Positions 33,183 to 45,258 of a stretch of DNA of 64,000 bases are shown piece after piece; within the stretch, counting starts at the first letter, position 1; every line of letters begins with the position of its first letter. Both the position numbers and the translations under genes were made by a program. Where the stretch lies: the NCBI RefSeq assembly GCF_038025025.1, contig NW_027117348.1, positions 1,302,001 through 1,366,000 of the forward strand, read 5' to 3'. The notes under the pieces are model-generated. The model did no database searches. It was not told where the DNA came from and saw nothing but the letters and a program-made list of their open reading frames with translations. The DNA comes from Phyllosticta citribraziliensis (Eukaryota).

Positions 33183-35361
33183 ATGGAGATGGACGAGGAC
33201 AAGCCGCTTTTGCCCGTGACGGTGCTGTCGGGCTTCTTGGTGCGTATTCATCACTTTCCCGGCCCCAATCACACCGGTTTCTCTGCCTCATGCACGTAAA
33301 TCCAGCACTCACTTTCTCTCCTGAGCCGTCATGGCATACTTGCTAATAGTCAAGCTCAATAGGGCAGCGGCAAAACAACGCTGCTCAAGCACATCCTGCA
33401 CTCCAACACGCACGGCCTCAAAATCGCCATCATCGTCAACGACATGGCCGAAGTCAACATCGACGGCGCGCACATCGCGCGGCTGTCGACCAAGAACGAG
33501 CGCGACAATCTGGTGCAGATGCAGAACGGTACTTTCTCCCTTCCCCTCCTCTGCCCCTTACCCCTTACCTCCTAACCCCAACCCCCCAAACACTCCCAAC
33601 GTCCACTGACACGCCAACAGGCTGCATCTGCTGCACGCTGCGCGGCGACTTCCTGGTCGAGCTGGCCACCATGGCGTGGAGCAAGCAGTTCGACTACGTG
33701 CTGATCGAGAGCAGCGGCATCAGCGAGCCGCAGCAGGTGGCCGAGACCTTCTCGGCCGCCCTGAGCGCCGAGATGCTTCAGATCCCCGAGGACATGGACG
33801 TCAAGGATCGCGATGTTATTGAGCGGATGTGTGTGGCCCTCCCCCTCTCTCTTCCTTCCTTTCTTGTCGAGTTTGCTCTTCTTTTTGTTTGCGTGGCTAA
33901 TGGGTGTTGGGGTGGTGGGTTGTAAGGTAAATGCTGACGACAAACGCAGTGCCAATGCCGGCGGCCTCGAGACCGTGGCGCGCATCGACACGATGGTGAC
34001 CGTCGTCGACGCGTTCCGCTTCTTCGCCGAGTTCAACACGGGCGAGTTCCTGACCGATCGCTTTGGCCGCGACGAGGTGCCGCCGGAAGACGAGCGCACC
34101 ATATCGGACCTGTACGTCGCGTCCCATCCCATCCCCCTCAACAAAACTAACCCCACCCCTCCCCAGCATGGCCGACCAACTCGAATTCGCCAACGTCATC
34201 ATCATCAACAAAACCGACGCCATAACGCCGTCGACGCTCTCGCGCATCCGGCACTGCATCGGCACGCTGAACCCAAAAGCCAAACTGCTCGAAGCGCGCT
34301 TCGGCCGCATCGAGCCGGGCGCCATCGTCGGCACGCGCAGCTTCGACCTCGCCGAGGCGCAGATGATGAGCGGCTGGCTGGCCAGCCTGCACGACATGTT
34401 CCTGATGGACGTCAACGGGCGCAAGACGCTGGCGCCCAAGCCCGAGACGGCCGAGTACGGCATCGGCAGCTTTGTGTATAGGGCGAGGCGCCCGTTTGAT
34501 CCGATGAGACTGTATCGGTTGTTGGCGGGCAAGTTTGTGCTTATTCAGCCGGATCCGGAGGATGAGGATGAGGAAGGGGAGGAGGAGGAGGGCGAGGTGA
34601 GTGAGGACGACGAGGGCAGCGTGCCGGGCACGGGGTCGTCCGCGTCGGTCATCGATGTCGAGATGGCGGACGCCGCCCAACCGCACCAGCACAGCCGTCA
34701 CGAGCCTCGCAGCAAACGCAAAGACTCGAAAGGCGAAGAGCTCGTCTCCTCCTGCGCCGCCTCAGAAGCCTCCTCAGAAGCCTCAGACGACGACGAAGAA
34801 GAAGAAGATCCCTTCTTTGCGTCCCTCCCCCGCGACCCCTCCGCCATCGTCGCCGCCAAAGCCGCGCACCCGCTCTGGGGCAAAATGCACCGCTCCAAGG
34901 GGTGGCTCTGGTTCAGCACGCGGCCGACGCAAGCCGGCAGCTGGAACACGGCGGGCGCCATGCTGCGGGTCGAGTACGAGCAAGACTGGTTCTGCTGCCT
35001 GGCGCCGTCCGAATGGGGCGCCGAGGACCCGGACGTCAAAGCGGCCGTCGAGAAGGACTTCGAGGGCGAGTGGGGCGATCGGCGGCAGGAGATTGTGTTC
35101 ATTGGCGAGCAGTTGGATAGGGAGAGCATTGAGCGCGAACTGGATGCGTGTTTGTTGACCGAGGCCGAGTTTAAGAAGTGGGAGCGGGTGATGCGGAGGC
35201 GGGATGTTGGGGCGGAGCGGAAGGAGGAGGTGTTGCGGCGCTGGTGGGATGATTCGTATTGGGCCGAGTGGACGGTGGGCGAGGAGGAGGAGGCGGATGC
35301 GGGTGCGCATGCTGGGCATGGCCATGGGCATGGGCATAGCCATGCTGGGCATAGGCACTGA
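33183..35361 (+). CDS. COG0523/CobW-family G3E P-loop GTPase (zinc metallochaperone, YciC/ZigA/Zng1-like)
   Basis: [68 protein letters not shown], CobW_C ([27 protein letters not shown]) and His-rich tail. Introns 33240-33362, 33529-33620, 33829-33949, 34112-34166. Confidence 0.95.
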
Positions 35362-36885
35362 GACGGATCTGTCTAGGCACGTACGGCAAACAAAAGTCAA
35401 GTCAGAGTTCAAAATTTCAAGGCGCGGTGCGTTGCATTCATCACATCCACCCTCTCCACCACCACACTCACTGCTCAGTCATCCTCGCCTCTCCGCTGCC
35501 ACTACCACTGCCACCACCTCAGATCTCCATCGCCGCCCCAGGGCTGAATGGCTTCCGCGTGCGGCTTCTGCCGGCACGTGGGCTGCGTGACTGGAGTTGA
35601 CTTGGTTGGCTTCTGACTCAGCGCGCCTCGCCGCCGCAGTGGAGGGGCCTGGCGTCAAGGAACATGGAGGGTGAAGGGTATGTAGACAGTCAGGGTGAGT
35701 GGGTAGCATCTGTCTGTCTGTCTGACCGTCTGCTTTTCTGATGCTCGGTAGGTAGTCAGTCAGTCAGTCAGTCAACAGAGAAAGCAGCATTCAAGAGAAA
35801 AAAGGGTCTTGCATTTGTATAAACTTTTTCATTTGCCGCTTCTTTTGCTGTCTGTTTGTCTGTCTGTCTACCTTTTCTTCTGTCACCGTGGATGAGGTAG
35901 CTTGGGAGGGAGGGAGGTGGTCTCGGCAGCAAGAAGCAAGCGATCAAGCAAATTCTCCGCTGCTCCTACCCACCTACCCACACACCTCCCTCTCCGCCCC
36001 TCCTCTTCCTCCTCCGTCTGCCTCGTCATCTGCATCCGCGTCTTCGTCTCCGTCATCTCTCTTAAGTCTATGGGATATCCTACTAAAAAATATTCTTTGC
36101 GAGCGTGCATGCGTGGGTGGTGCGTAGTGCGTAGTGCGTACGTGTCGAAAATAAAGATCAAGAAGAAAACAAGAGAGCCGATGAATGGACGGGTCATACC
36201 AGACCAGACCAGACCAAACCCTCGCGTCGAGCTGATTGGGTGGCTGGCCGGCCTGGCCTGGTCTGACCTGGTTGGCATGGTTCGCTTGTGCGTCCAGCAA
36301 GCAGGCCGCGACACAGAGGAGGATGCTGCAACGCGGCGCAAGCAGCGGTAGCAAGTGGAAGAGGTGGTGATAGCGGTGGCGGCCGCGTGCGACAGGCAGG
36401 CAGGCTACAGACAGTAGCGAGGCCGAGCGCCGGGCGAACAGAGCAGAACGGAGAGTAGCTTGCACGGCGAGGGCACTGGCTGATGGCACGTTGCGCGCGA
36501 CAACGGCGGCGCGGTGCAAGCTTGCGTGCGTGTGCACGCGTGGTGGTGTCGCTGTCTGTCTGTGTCGTGTCGTAGTGGGTGGGGTGGCTCCGCTCGCCAC
36601 GGACAGCCAGCGACTGCAGCAGGTGACAATGCCACGACGTGGCCGCCGCCGCCGCCCTGTGTGCTGCCTGTGTGCTGTGCTGCGCGGGCGCTTCCGTCGA
36701 CGACGACACCTCATCAAAAGCAAGATTTGGCTCGTCGCCATGTAGCGCTCAGCGAGAAGAAAGGATTCGGTAGGTAGTGGTGAAATATTGGGAAAACGTG
36801 ACGCGAGATGGTAGTAGTTGTTATTGTGACTGCGCTTCTCCATCATGCAACGCTGCTGCGTCTGGTCGCACGAGACGATGGTGGT

Positions 36886-36906
36886 GATGATGATGATGAT
36901 GATGAT
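36886..36906. repeat. (GAT)7 microsatellite
   Basis: Directly visible, in the 3' flank of the 37125-38642 gene. Confidence 0.9.
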
Positions 36907-37124
36907 GGGTATAGCCGCCAGGAACAGAGGAAAGAAATTATGGACAAGAAATTAGTGGCGCGTTTGCACGCCGCGAGAGCGAGCAACGTGACCCGGCCGC
37001 TCCCAGACTGGTAGCCGCCAAAGGAAATTCGTGTCATCAGTGTCCAAAAGGTGCAGCTGGAATGCGCTTTTGAAGGTCGTAGCGTCGTGCCTCATTGCGG
37101 GAGGGTGTCCAAGAATGGAAATAG

Positions 37125-38642
37125 TCACTTTGTGGAAACGGCTGGGCTCCGTCCCAGAAAGGCGCCCGGGAATTTAATGTCGTTGAAGAATTTGACGAGG
37201 GCAGCCTTTCTTTTCGGGCTCTGCTGCATGTTCCTGGCGGCAATCTGCACCATGGGCCCGACAATGTCTTCATCGCCCAGCTGCGGAAACTGGCCGGGCT
37301 TCTTGGGGTCCTCGAGCGACATCAAGGCCATGACGGGCGGGGGCTCGCTCACGGCGGCGTCTGCAAGGCCAGCCTCGTCGGAGGCGCGATCGTAGCAGCG
37401 CTTCCACTGGCGATCGATGCCGGCCCACTTTTGCTCCGTCAGCTTGTACGTCTTGGAGGTGACGCCAAAGTGCTCGCCGGTGCGGACCTGGTGCTTGGTG
37501 TAGTTGCAACGTGCGCGCTCCCAGTTGGCAGCGAGCTCGTGCAGCGCAGGCGCATCGCAGACGTCGGGCAGATAAGGCTCCGGGGAGATGGAAAAGTTGG
37601 CGTGGCCCAGGACGACGGACCACTCGTCTTCGACGTCGCCGTCGTCGCTGATGGTCATTGGCGGAATGTCAGCACTCGGTACCGAGACGCTGGGGCGGCC
37701 ATGGCGGAAGGATGCGACAGACGGCCGCGTCGACAGCGGCGGCGTCTGCACAAACGGTGCCTGGGGGGTGCCCAGAGGGCTATTCATGGCCGAGAAGCTG
37801 GCATTGGGGTCGGCAACGGTTGGCGATTGCAGGGGTGACTGGTAGAGCGTCTCCTCGGACGCGCGCTGGGCAACGAGCACCGGCGGGAGCAAGGGTGTCG
37901 AGGCGAGGGCCTTGCGATCTATTGGCTCGACGTCGAGCGTCTTTACGACGTCGTCCGGACACGAGGTGTTGTCGTCACTGCAGGGGAGCTCCGTCTCGCT
38001 GGTGTTGAGCGAGGCCTGGACGACGGAGCCCGTCATGGACGACGCCCGGCTCGAGCGGGTGCTGCGCGTGTTTTCTCGCGACGGCGACGACATGGTCTTG
38101 GTGCGTTCCTTCCATCGCCGGGTCAGGGAGGGGAAACGCGAGGAGATGGCAGGCGACTCGCCCGACTTGCGGCGGCGAGAGAGGCTCCTCGATTCCTCGT
38201 CGTCGAATTCGTACGATGGCGTCTGGGCCAGGCTGGTGGTGCTTTTGTTTTCGGAATGGGGGCAGCCATCCGTGACACCTACCAAGTTAGAGGAGAAGGT
38301 GATGAGGGCCATAAAGGACTTACTGCATAAACACCACGAGGCCAGCTTTTGGTCGTCGTCGTCGTCGTCCTCTACGTCTGAGCGGACGGGCTCCTCCATG
38401 GGGTCCTCTGGCAATCGTGGGAGCTTGGTGGACGAGGTCATGTTGTCCAGGTGCTCGTACGAAGACGGCGGCGAGGACGAAATGGAGGAAATGGAGCTTG
38501 GGTGCCGTGCATGGCCGTATGCGGAGAATACCGAGCTCTGAGGAGTGGAGCATTCGGAGGAGGTGGACTGGCCTGATTCCACGGGGGTCCTATCGTCCGA
38601 GGCGACCATGGCTGGTAGGAGGAGCGGCTTCATGTCGCGCAT
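37125..38642 (-). CDS. Conserved fungal Pro/Ser-rich hypothetical protein
   Basis: MRDMKPLLLP...ASTPLLPP...QSPLQSPTVA...DEWSVVLGHANFSISPEPYLP...WERARCNYTKHQVRTGEHFGVTSKTYKLTEQKW...KPGQFPQLGDEDIVGPM. In-frame 45-nt intron 38279-38323 (GTAAGT..CTAAC..TAG). Confidence 0.8.
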   Translation of the reverse strand: MRDMKPLLLPAMVASDDRTPVESGQSTSSECSTPQSSVFSAYGHARHPSSISSISSSPPSSYEHLDNMTSSTKLPRLPEDPMEEPVRSDVEDDDDDDQKLASWCLCSKSFMALITFSSNLVGVTDGCPHSENKSTTSLAQTPSYEFDDEESRSLSRRRKSGESPAISSRFPSLTRRWKERTKTMSSPSRENTRSTRSSRASSMTGSVVQASLNTSETELPCSDDNTSCPDDVVKTLDVEPIDRKALASTPLLPPVLVAQRASEETLYQSPLQSPTVADPNASFSAMNSPLGTPQAPFVQTPPLSTRPSVASFRHGRPSVSVPSADIPPMTISDDGDVEDEWSVVLGHANFSISPEPYLPDVCDAPALHELAANWERARCNYTKHQVRTGEHFGVTSKTYKLTEQKWAGIDRQWKRCYDRASDEAGLADAAVSEPPPVMALMSLEDPKKPGQFPQLGDEDIVGPMVQIAARNMQQSPKRKAALVKFFNDIKFPGAFLGRSPAVSTK

Positions 38643-39024
38643 GGTGGGGTCGAATGGATCAGGACACTGGCATTGTCCGGCAGGGAGGAGGGGAGAAGCG
38701 GTATTGTATGTATGTATGGGAGGGATGCGCGTCGGTGGCACGAGGAAAAAGGGCAGCTCAGACGACGTAGGTCGCTGACAGATTTTGTTATACGGGGTCT
38801 GGAGGCGTTGTTCAAGATCTGGACCTGGACTGGCGAAGCTGGGGACAGGCTTGAATCTGAGCGCACACGTGAGACAGCAAGGATCAGGCGGCGTCGTGAA
38901 TTTTGTCAGGTGCAAAGACGAGAGGCGCCGCGGGCTGGAGGGGTGGTCGAAAGCGGAGGCGATGCGAGACAGCAGAGGCTGAACGAGACAGCGGAGGTCG
39001 AGGCCAGAGCAGTACCAGTGGCAG

Positions 39025-39300
39025 TGAAGAGAAGAGAAGAGAAGAGAAGAGAGTGAGAGAGAGAGAGCACAGGTGGGTGGGCTTGAGGTGGATATGTGGG
39101 TGGTGGTGGAAGGCCTGGTTCGGTCGTGGTTCGCAGGCGAGCGAGTGGACGAGAGGGAGGGAGGGAAAAGAGTGGAAGACGAAGCGAACGAAGGAACAAA
39201 AGGCTGGACGAGTGAGTGGAGAGGGAGGATGCGATGCGGACAGGACAGGACAGGACATGGATCTTTTTTTTTTTTTTTTTTTTCTCTCTCTCTCTCTCTC
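39025..39300. repeat. Simple-repeat cluster: (GAAGA)n/(GA)n, T20 and (CT)n
   Basis: Directly visible; T run 39264-39283 followed by CT repeats. Confidence 0.85.
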
Positions 39301-41367
39301 GTTGTTGTCCCCCCCAGGCCTTGTCGGCGGAGCTGCCGTGCCCTCACACGTCTGCGGCACCCCTGCCCTCTGCTGCCATGGCACTGCACAGCACAACAAC
39401 AACGACTGTCTGTCTGTCTGTCTGTCGTCAGTCAGTCAGCCAGTCATCAGCCTCTCGTCGGCTACAGGCTTGTGTGTCGCTGGCCGTGAAAGCGCCGACA
39501 GACTCACCACAGGCCCGGGAACACAGATGCTCGCGTGCACCTTGGCCAGGTCGTTTTACGTCAGGCCGGGGTTCGGTGCGAGTGCCGCCTGGTCTGGTCT
39601 GGCCGTTGGAGCCGTTGAACCAGGCCGGGCCATCCCTCCTCCATCCTGCCATCCTGCCATCCTTGCCAGGCACGGCGCTCTTCTCGACGTGCAGACTGCA
39701 GACTGACAAACAAACACTCACCGCCCATCGACAAAGATGGGAACATGGTCGTCACGTCACGTCGCCTTGTCCACCTGCACGTGGCCGCCGACAAGACAAC
39801 ACCATTCATCACTCTCACTCCCACTCTTCTCCTCTCGCTGCCAGCTCATGTATCCATGTACCTATCCCGCCCCGTTCCATTCGTATTGTCGCCTCCACAA
39901 TCGCCTGCTGTGCCGCTGCCCACGTCGCCCCGTTTGCAGCTAGCCTCAAGCACTCGTTGTCCTTCTCCACGCCGCACCATCGTTCGGCTGTCATCCACGC
40001 CCACCATGGTCCAGCCCATCCATGTCCCCGGCCATTGGGGAATGGGGAACATGGGGGCCACTCCGAACGATGCCCGCCGAAAAAGGAAAGAAAACCAGTC
40101 GCTCCAGCTTTCTAGACCCTTTCGTCGCCGTCGTCGTCGGTGCCGCTGCGCTGGCAAATAGAAGATTATTTTCTTCACGGCCTCCCCGGACCGAGGGAGA
40201 CGGGGGAACCATTAGACTTGGACTGCTTTTCTTTTTTTGACCGCCCAGCGAGACAGATGGGGTGATGTGTTTTTTCTTTCTGCCCATCCTTCTCTTTTTT
40301 CCTCTGCCTAGCTACCTACACCACCACACCCAACTCCGTCCGTCCATCTGTTTGTCCGTCCGTCCCGGCACTTGCAAACGGCTTCCTTCCTCCCCATCCC
40401 GTCACCACCACCGCATCCATCCCTCTCAACCCCTCTCACGCCACCCCCCCATCAAATCTCACCCTTCCCACCCACACACCCATCGGATCTGCCAGCCTCA
40501 ATCTGCCAATCTGCCAATCTCGTAAATCTGCCCGCCCGCCCACCCAAGCGGCGCGCCTCCCGCCCACGCCGACATCTCCGGCCAAGGCCACGGCGGGTGA
40601 TGTGCGGCTGGCTCATCGCTGGTAGAAGCCATGGGTCGCGAGAAATGTGACCAGTCGCTTTTTCCTCGTTCTTTCTTTCGTTCTGCTGGCCACATATGCC
40701 ATGCCATGCTATGCGATCCTTCCATCTGGTCTGCTTGAATGCTTGCTTGTGTGGCCCGCGGCGGGCGGCGATCATCTCACCTTCACCAAGAAATGCCGTG
40801 GTGTAGGGCGACTGACTGACTGACTGACTGACTACTACTACCTACTGTACATGCCTTGCCAGACGTACAGTACATACCGCGTTCTCTTCAACACGTATTC
40901 TCTCTCTCGTCCTCCTCTTCTCTGCCTCCCTACTCGTCTTCCTCTCCTCTACTCCACCCCCCTCCTCGTCGTTATCATCACGCAGCACAGAAGACATCCC
41001 GGCCAATCCTTCCGAGCCCTGCCCGAGGAATCGGTATCGTGAAATCTGTCTCATCTGCCGCGAGCTACATACCTGTACATATACATGTACATATACGCCC
41101 GGCATGCGTGCGTGCGTGCGGCACTTAGAACACACACAGCTAAACAGCCCGTCTTCGTCATTCGCGTGCGTGTGGTGGTTTCTTGACCGGTCGGCTGGTC
41201 GGTAAGTCTAGTCGTCCGCTGAGGTGGAGTAGCAGTCTTTCTCACGACCAGTGCCCACCGTATCGACAACACAAAACCTCAACCTCTACCTCTACCTCAA
41301 GAACAACCTCAAAAAAAAAATTGAAGAGAAGAGAAGAGAAGAGGGGAGGAAAAAAAAAAAAAATAAC

Positions 41368-41381
41368 GCGTGACGTCACGC
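41368..41381. promoter_or_regulatory. Palindromic CRE (ATF/CREB-type bZIP) site GCGTGACGTCACGC
   Basis: Perfect TGACGTCA at 41371-41378 inside a 14-bp palindrome, next to poly(dA) tracts in a long non-coding region. Confidence 0.4.
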
Positions 41382-42505
41382 CCCCCCAACTCTAACCCCA
41401 TACCCGAAACTCAATTCCAAACTCTCAAAAACATCATCAGCCGCAGAAAAGCTTATCCTCCCGCCATTGTTGACCCCAGCAAAAATATTTCCCCCCCTCT
41501 CTCTCATCCCCATCTCTTCCGTCTCTGCTCTTTTTTGTGTGCTGGGTACCCCCGCCCCCGCCCCCCGCCCCCGCCCTAGCTTTCTTTCCCCCGGTGCAGG
41601 CTGGCTGGCAGGCAGGCAGGCATGCAGGCCCGACTGCGCTGCTGCTGCTGCTGCTGCTGAGTTGGAGGGGAGTAATGACTGAGTGAGGAGGTGGTGGCGG
41701 TGGTGTTTTGCTTTGCGTTTGGTTCCTGGATACCCACCTAGGTACCTAGGTGCCTGGATGCATGCCCGGGCCGCCATCAGTCCGTCCGTCCGTCCGTCCG
41801 TCCCGCGCGACCCCCGGCCGGCGCAGGAACTGCCGCGCTGACGTGATGGGCTGGCATGACAGGCAAGGAAGGCAAGGCAAGACAAGACAAGACAAACACT
41901 GCCGTCAAGACGTCAGACGCCATGGCGGCTGGCCGTGGCTTGCAAAGGAAAGACGCGGGAGGCTATTAGCTCTCGCATCGTACGCGTAGAGTTGGTGCGG
42001 TGAAAAAGAGAGAGAGCGAACTGAAGAAGTAGGGAGAGAAAGGAGTGCGGAGGGCAGAGCGGAAGGGAGAGTAGAAAGTGGAGCAGAGCACGACAAACAA
42101 GTCAACGTCGAAAGGATGGACAATAATAAGACACAGCAAGTGTAGTATGGCACGTGTGGCGGACAGGCAGTGCCATAGCTGGCCAGTCGGTTGGATGAGT
42201 TTGGGTCTGAGTCTGAGTCTGCGAGCTCTGGCTGACTTGCTGGCCGGCTAGCTGGTCGAGGTAGTCAAGGTAGTCGAGGTAGCAGGAGAGAAGGCGGTAT
42301 CTCTCTCTTCATTTATTTGCAATATCAGAAGCAGGTGTCGATGCAGCGGCGACCTCTCGCTTCATTGACTAGCTCGCTCCACTTGCTCCCTCACTTTCCC
42401 TTTCTCATCCTCCCTCCCCCTGACGAAATGCCGTCCCTCACTCACTCCGCAAGGCGAAGAGGCAACCCTCACCCCTAAACCACCCACCACTCCCCACCAC
42501 TCCCC

Positions 42506-45258
42506 CTACACCCAAAACTGCGCCCACGTCCTCCGAACCTCGTCATCGCCATCAAACTGCCACAGACAAAAAAGTCAGCCAACCAACCACTCAACTCCTC
42601 TCCCTCTCCCCTCTCTCCCAAAAAAAAAAAAAAAAAAACGCACCTTAAACCCCACATCCAGCACATCCTGGAACCCCTCGTCCAGCCTAGGCGCGCGGAA
42701 CCGCGACGTAAAACTCGAAAAGGCGAGCTTGGGCAGCATGCTGCGGTGTTCGGGGTTCAACTGAGCGGTGGTGCGAGTGTTAGTGGATGGTAATGGTGTG
42801 TGTGGGGACGGACGGGCGAGGAAGCCGTCCATGCTTGTCTCAATTGGCGTGAGTTGGCAGACACGCTACGCGGGCAGGGACGAGCAGGCAGGCAGGCAGG
42901 TAGGCGAAGAGGAGTTTGATGGCGGTAGTCGTGACGAGGCGCCGCAGTGCAGCGCGCTCGCTCGCTCGCGCGGAGGCGGAAGTCGTGCCGCTGGCTCACC
43001 GGCCGCGGTCGTCTCATCGCCCGCTGCGTACGGATCAAGGCACGCAAGCAGAGAGAGGTGTAGAAAAACGCATGCGCGATTCTCGCCCTGCGTCGCTGGC
43101 GTGACGCGCCGCCGGTCTGCAACCACGACCACAGGCCGGGTCCAGTGCGGTACGCACGGGATGAGTGATCGAGGAGGTGCTGGGGCCAGGTGAGGCAGGC
43201 AGGCGATCGAGAGTCGGCTCTGCGCCGATATACTGGGATGCTTGCGTGCTGCTGCATTCGCGGCTGCTGCGGCCTCGACTTCCGGCATGCAGGTAGGTAG
43301 GCAGAGGGAAGAGAAGGGAAGGGAAAAAAAAAAAAAAAAAACTCACCTGCTCGCTCGCGCTCAACGCTCTCACAGCGTCATTGTGCTCGCACAGCTTGGC
43401 CGGCGCCGTCAACAGCACACAGCGTATGGGGACTTTGTGTTTCTGGGCCAGCTTGACCCAATGGGCGCGCGTCTCTGCGTCTGCATTGGTGTTGTCTGTA
43501 AATTGCCAGTTCGGGTTAGTGCATACAACTAGCACATGACGAGCTGCAAGCGGTTCTCGCCAAGTGCAGCGCGCTGGTGGGTGTTTTGGATTTGTGCAGG
43601 CAGGGTGCAGCAGCGCTATGTAGCGAGGGAATAATGCCCATTGTGCTGTTGTGCTGGGTCGGCAGTGAACAAAGGCGGTCACGAACCTACGGCTACAGAG
43701 ACGCCCTCTGCAAGATGCTCGGCTGCGACCTTGAGACATCTGTCACGCTGTTTTCTGTCAGTGAATGCATGTCTCATAGTGTGTCGCGAAGCCTTTGGTG
43801 TCTCTGCAACAAGCAGGGGCTGCCAAGGGGGTGGTGGTTGGGGGCTGTCGCACGGCACGTGCAAGCCTCGAGTGGAAGAGGGTGTGGCACAGCAGGTGGC
43901 ACCTCGCCAGCTCACATACCGTTTTCAACGTGTCTTGATTGACTCGCTCATAGCCCAGAGGCTTGAGGTGGCGCCAAAAGAAAGTCGACTTGCCGGCCCC
44001 CGGGCTGCCACAGAGGAGGACGACATCGACGGGGTTCTTTTTGCTGAACAGCAGCGGGGCTGGCACACCGTCAGAACACTCCAGCCACAGCGTCTCTGCA
44101 CCAGACGGTTGGGACTTGCCTGCATCAGTGGCTCCAGCCACCGGCTCGAGGTAAGCCGTAGGGTCAAAGTCTCTGACAAACGGCTTCGGTTCCTCGCCGA
44201 GAAAGTACTCTTCGGGCGTGGAATAGGGGATGCCAACGTTGGCGGCAAAGTCCCTAAGCCATTTTGTCAGCACATGGCATGCTGGTTTGGATTTACACAC
44301 CTATCGGAGCAGGAAAAGTCCTTGTTCTTGCCGCCGCTCGTCGACGACCGGCCGCCTGCATCTCCAACAAAAAAGGACTCGGCCATGTCGACGGCGTCCG
44401 GAGCGCCGAGGTCATTGCGGTCGAGCAGCTGGCGCCACATGCCGGGGCGAGGCTTACGAAACTCATCCTTGGTCGTGGCTGCATAGATGGAAATGGGGAG
44501 GTCCAGCTGTGAAAGGATCGCCTCCAACTTGGTCTTGAATGTCTCTAGCCGCTTGTTGTCTGCCTTGGGCGCCTTGCTCGCAGCATTGGAATTGAGGTTG
44601 ATGCCGCTTTGATTGCTCACAATGGCGACGAGATAGCTGTGCGAGTAGGCCACGATAACGGGTTAGCATACGCGGCTGCGTGGTACAAGACGAGGGGCAG
44701 GGCGAGAACAAGCAAGCGTCCCATCAGCTGACGGCATGGGTGCCTACTTACCCTTTGTCGTGCAGCTCTCGCAAGGTGGTGGGCACGCCGGTATTCCACC
44801 ACTTCCAGTCCGAAGCATCTCGGCCAAACTTGTTGCCTGACGCTGGGTTGATGAGGGTGCCGTCCTATAGAGGTCAGATCCGATCTGGGCCCGGGGCGCT
44901 GGACATGGCGGACGGCTGAAACGCAGCGTGCTCATACATACCAGGTCGAAAATAGCTACGCGGCGGGGTCCATGGGCTTCTGCCAAGGGCGTGGCTGTCG
45001 ACGCCTTGTACGTGCCGACCAGAAGGCTGTCGTTGACAATGGCCCAACCAATTTTCTCCGGTTCTTGAGCCTTTTGCGAGGCTGGCTTGAAAAATTCGGC
45101 CACGGCTTTGGCTGAGACATGTCAGCGAGGCTCAGCTTGGGCGTGGTCACGCCAGTCTCACGAGTTGTCGTTGACTGCTGCCTCCGCTTGACTGGCGGTG
45201 GTGAGACGGAGCGGTCTTGTGTCGATGTCCGTTTGCGTGAAGGGGGTTTTTCGGCCAT
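42506..45258 (-). CDS. PNK1: Bifunctional polynucleotide 3'-phosphatase / 5'-kinase (PNKP)
   Basis: HAD motif IFDL|DGTLI, DWKWW, IVSNQSGI, RKPRPGMW, FFVGDAGGR, DFSCSDR; kinase GSPGAGKST, RVNQDTLK, DNTNAD, LCEHNDAVR; ends FDGDDEVRRTWAQFWV* (TAG 42506-42508). Many introns. Confidence 0.93.

Noticed and set aside
38643..39389. N-terminal ~250 aa of the 754-aa ORF 37125-39389
   Set aside because: It is translated microsatellite and poly-A leader (EREREKKKKKK, LSLSLSSLLFSS); the conserved protein begins at MRDMKPLLLP (38642).
42137..42148. CAAGTGTAGTAT, identical to the U2 snRNA branch-point recognition region
   Set aside because: Only 12 nt match; the flanks lack the U2 5' end, the following CTGTTC and an Sm site.
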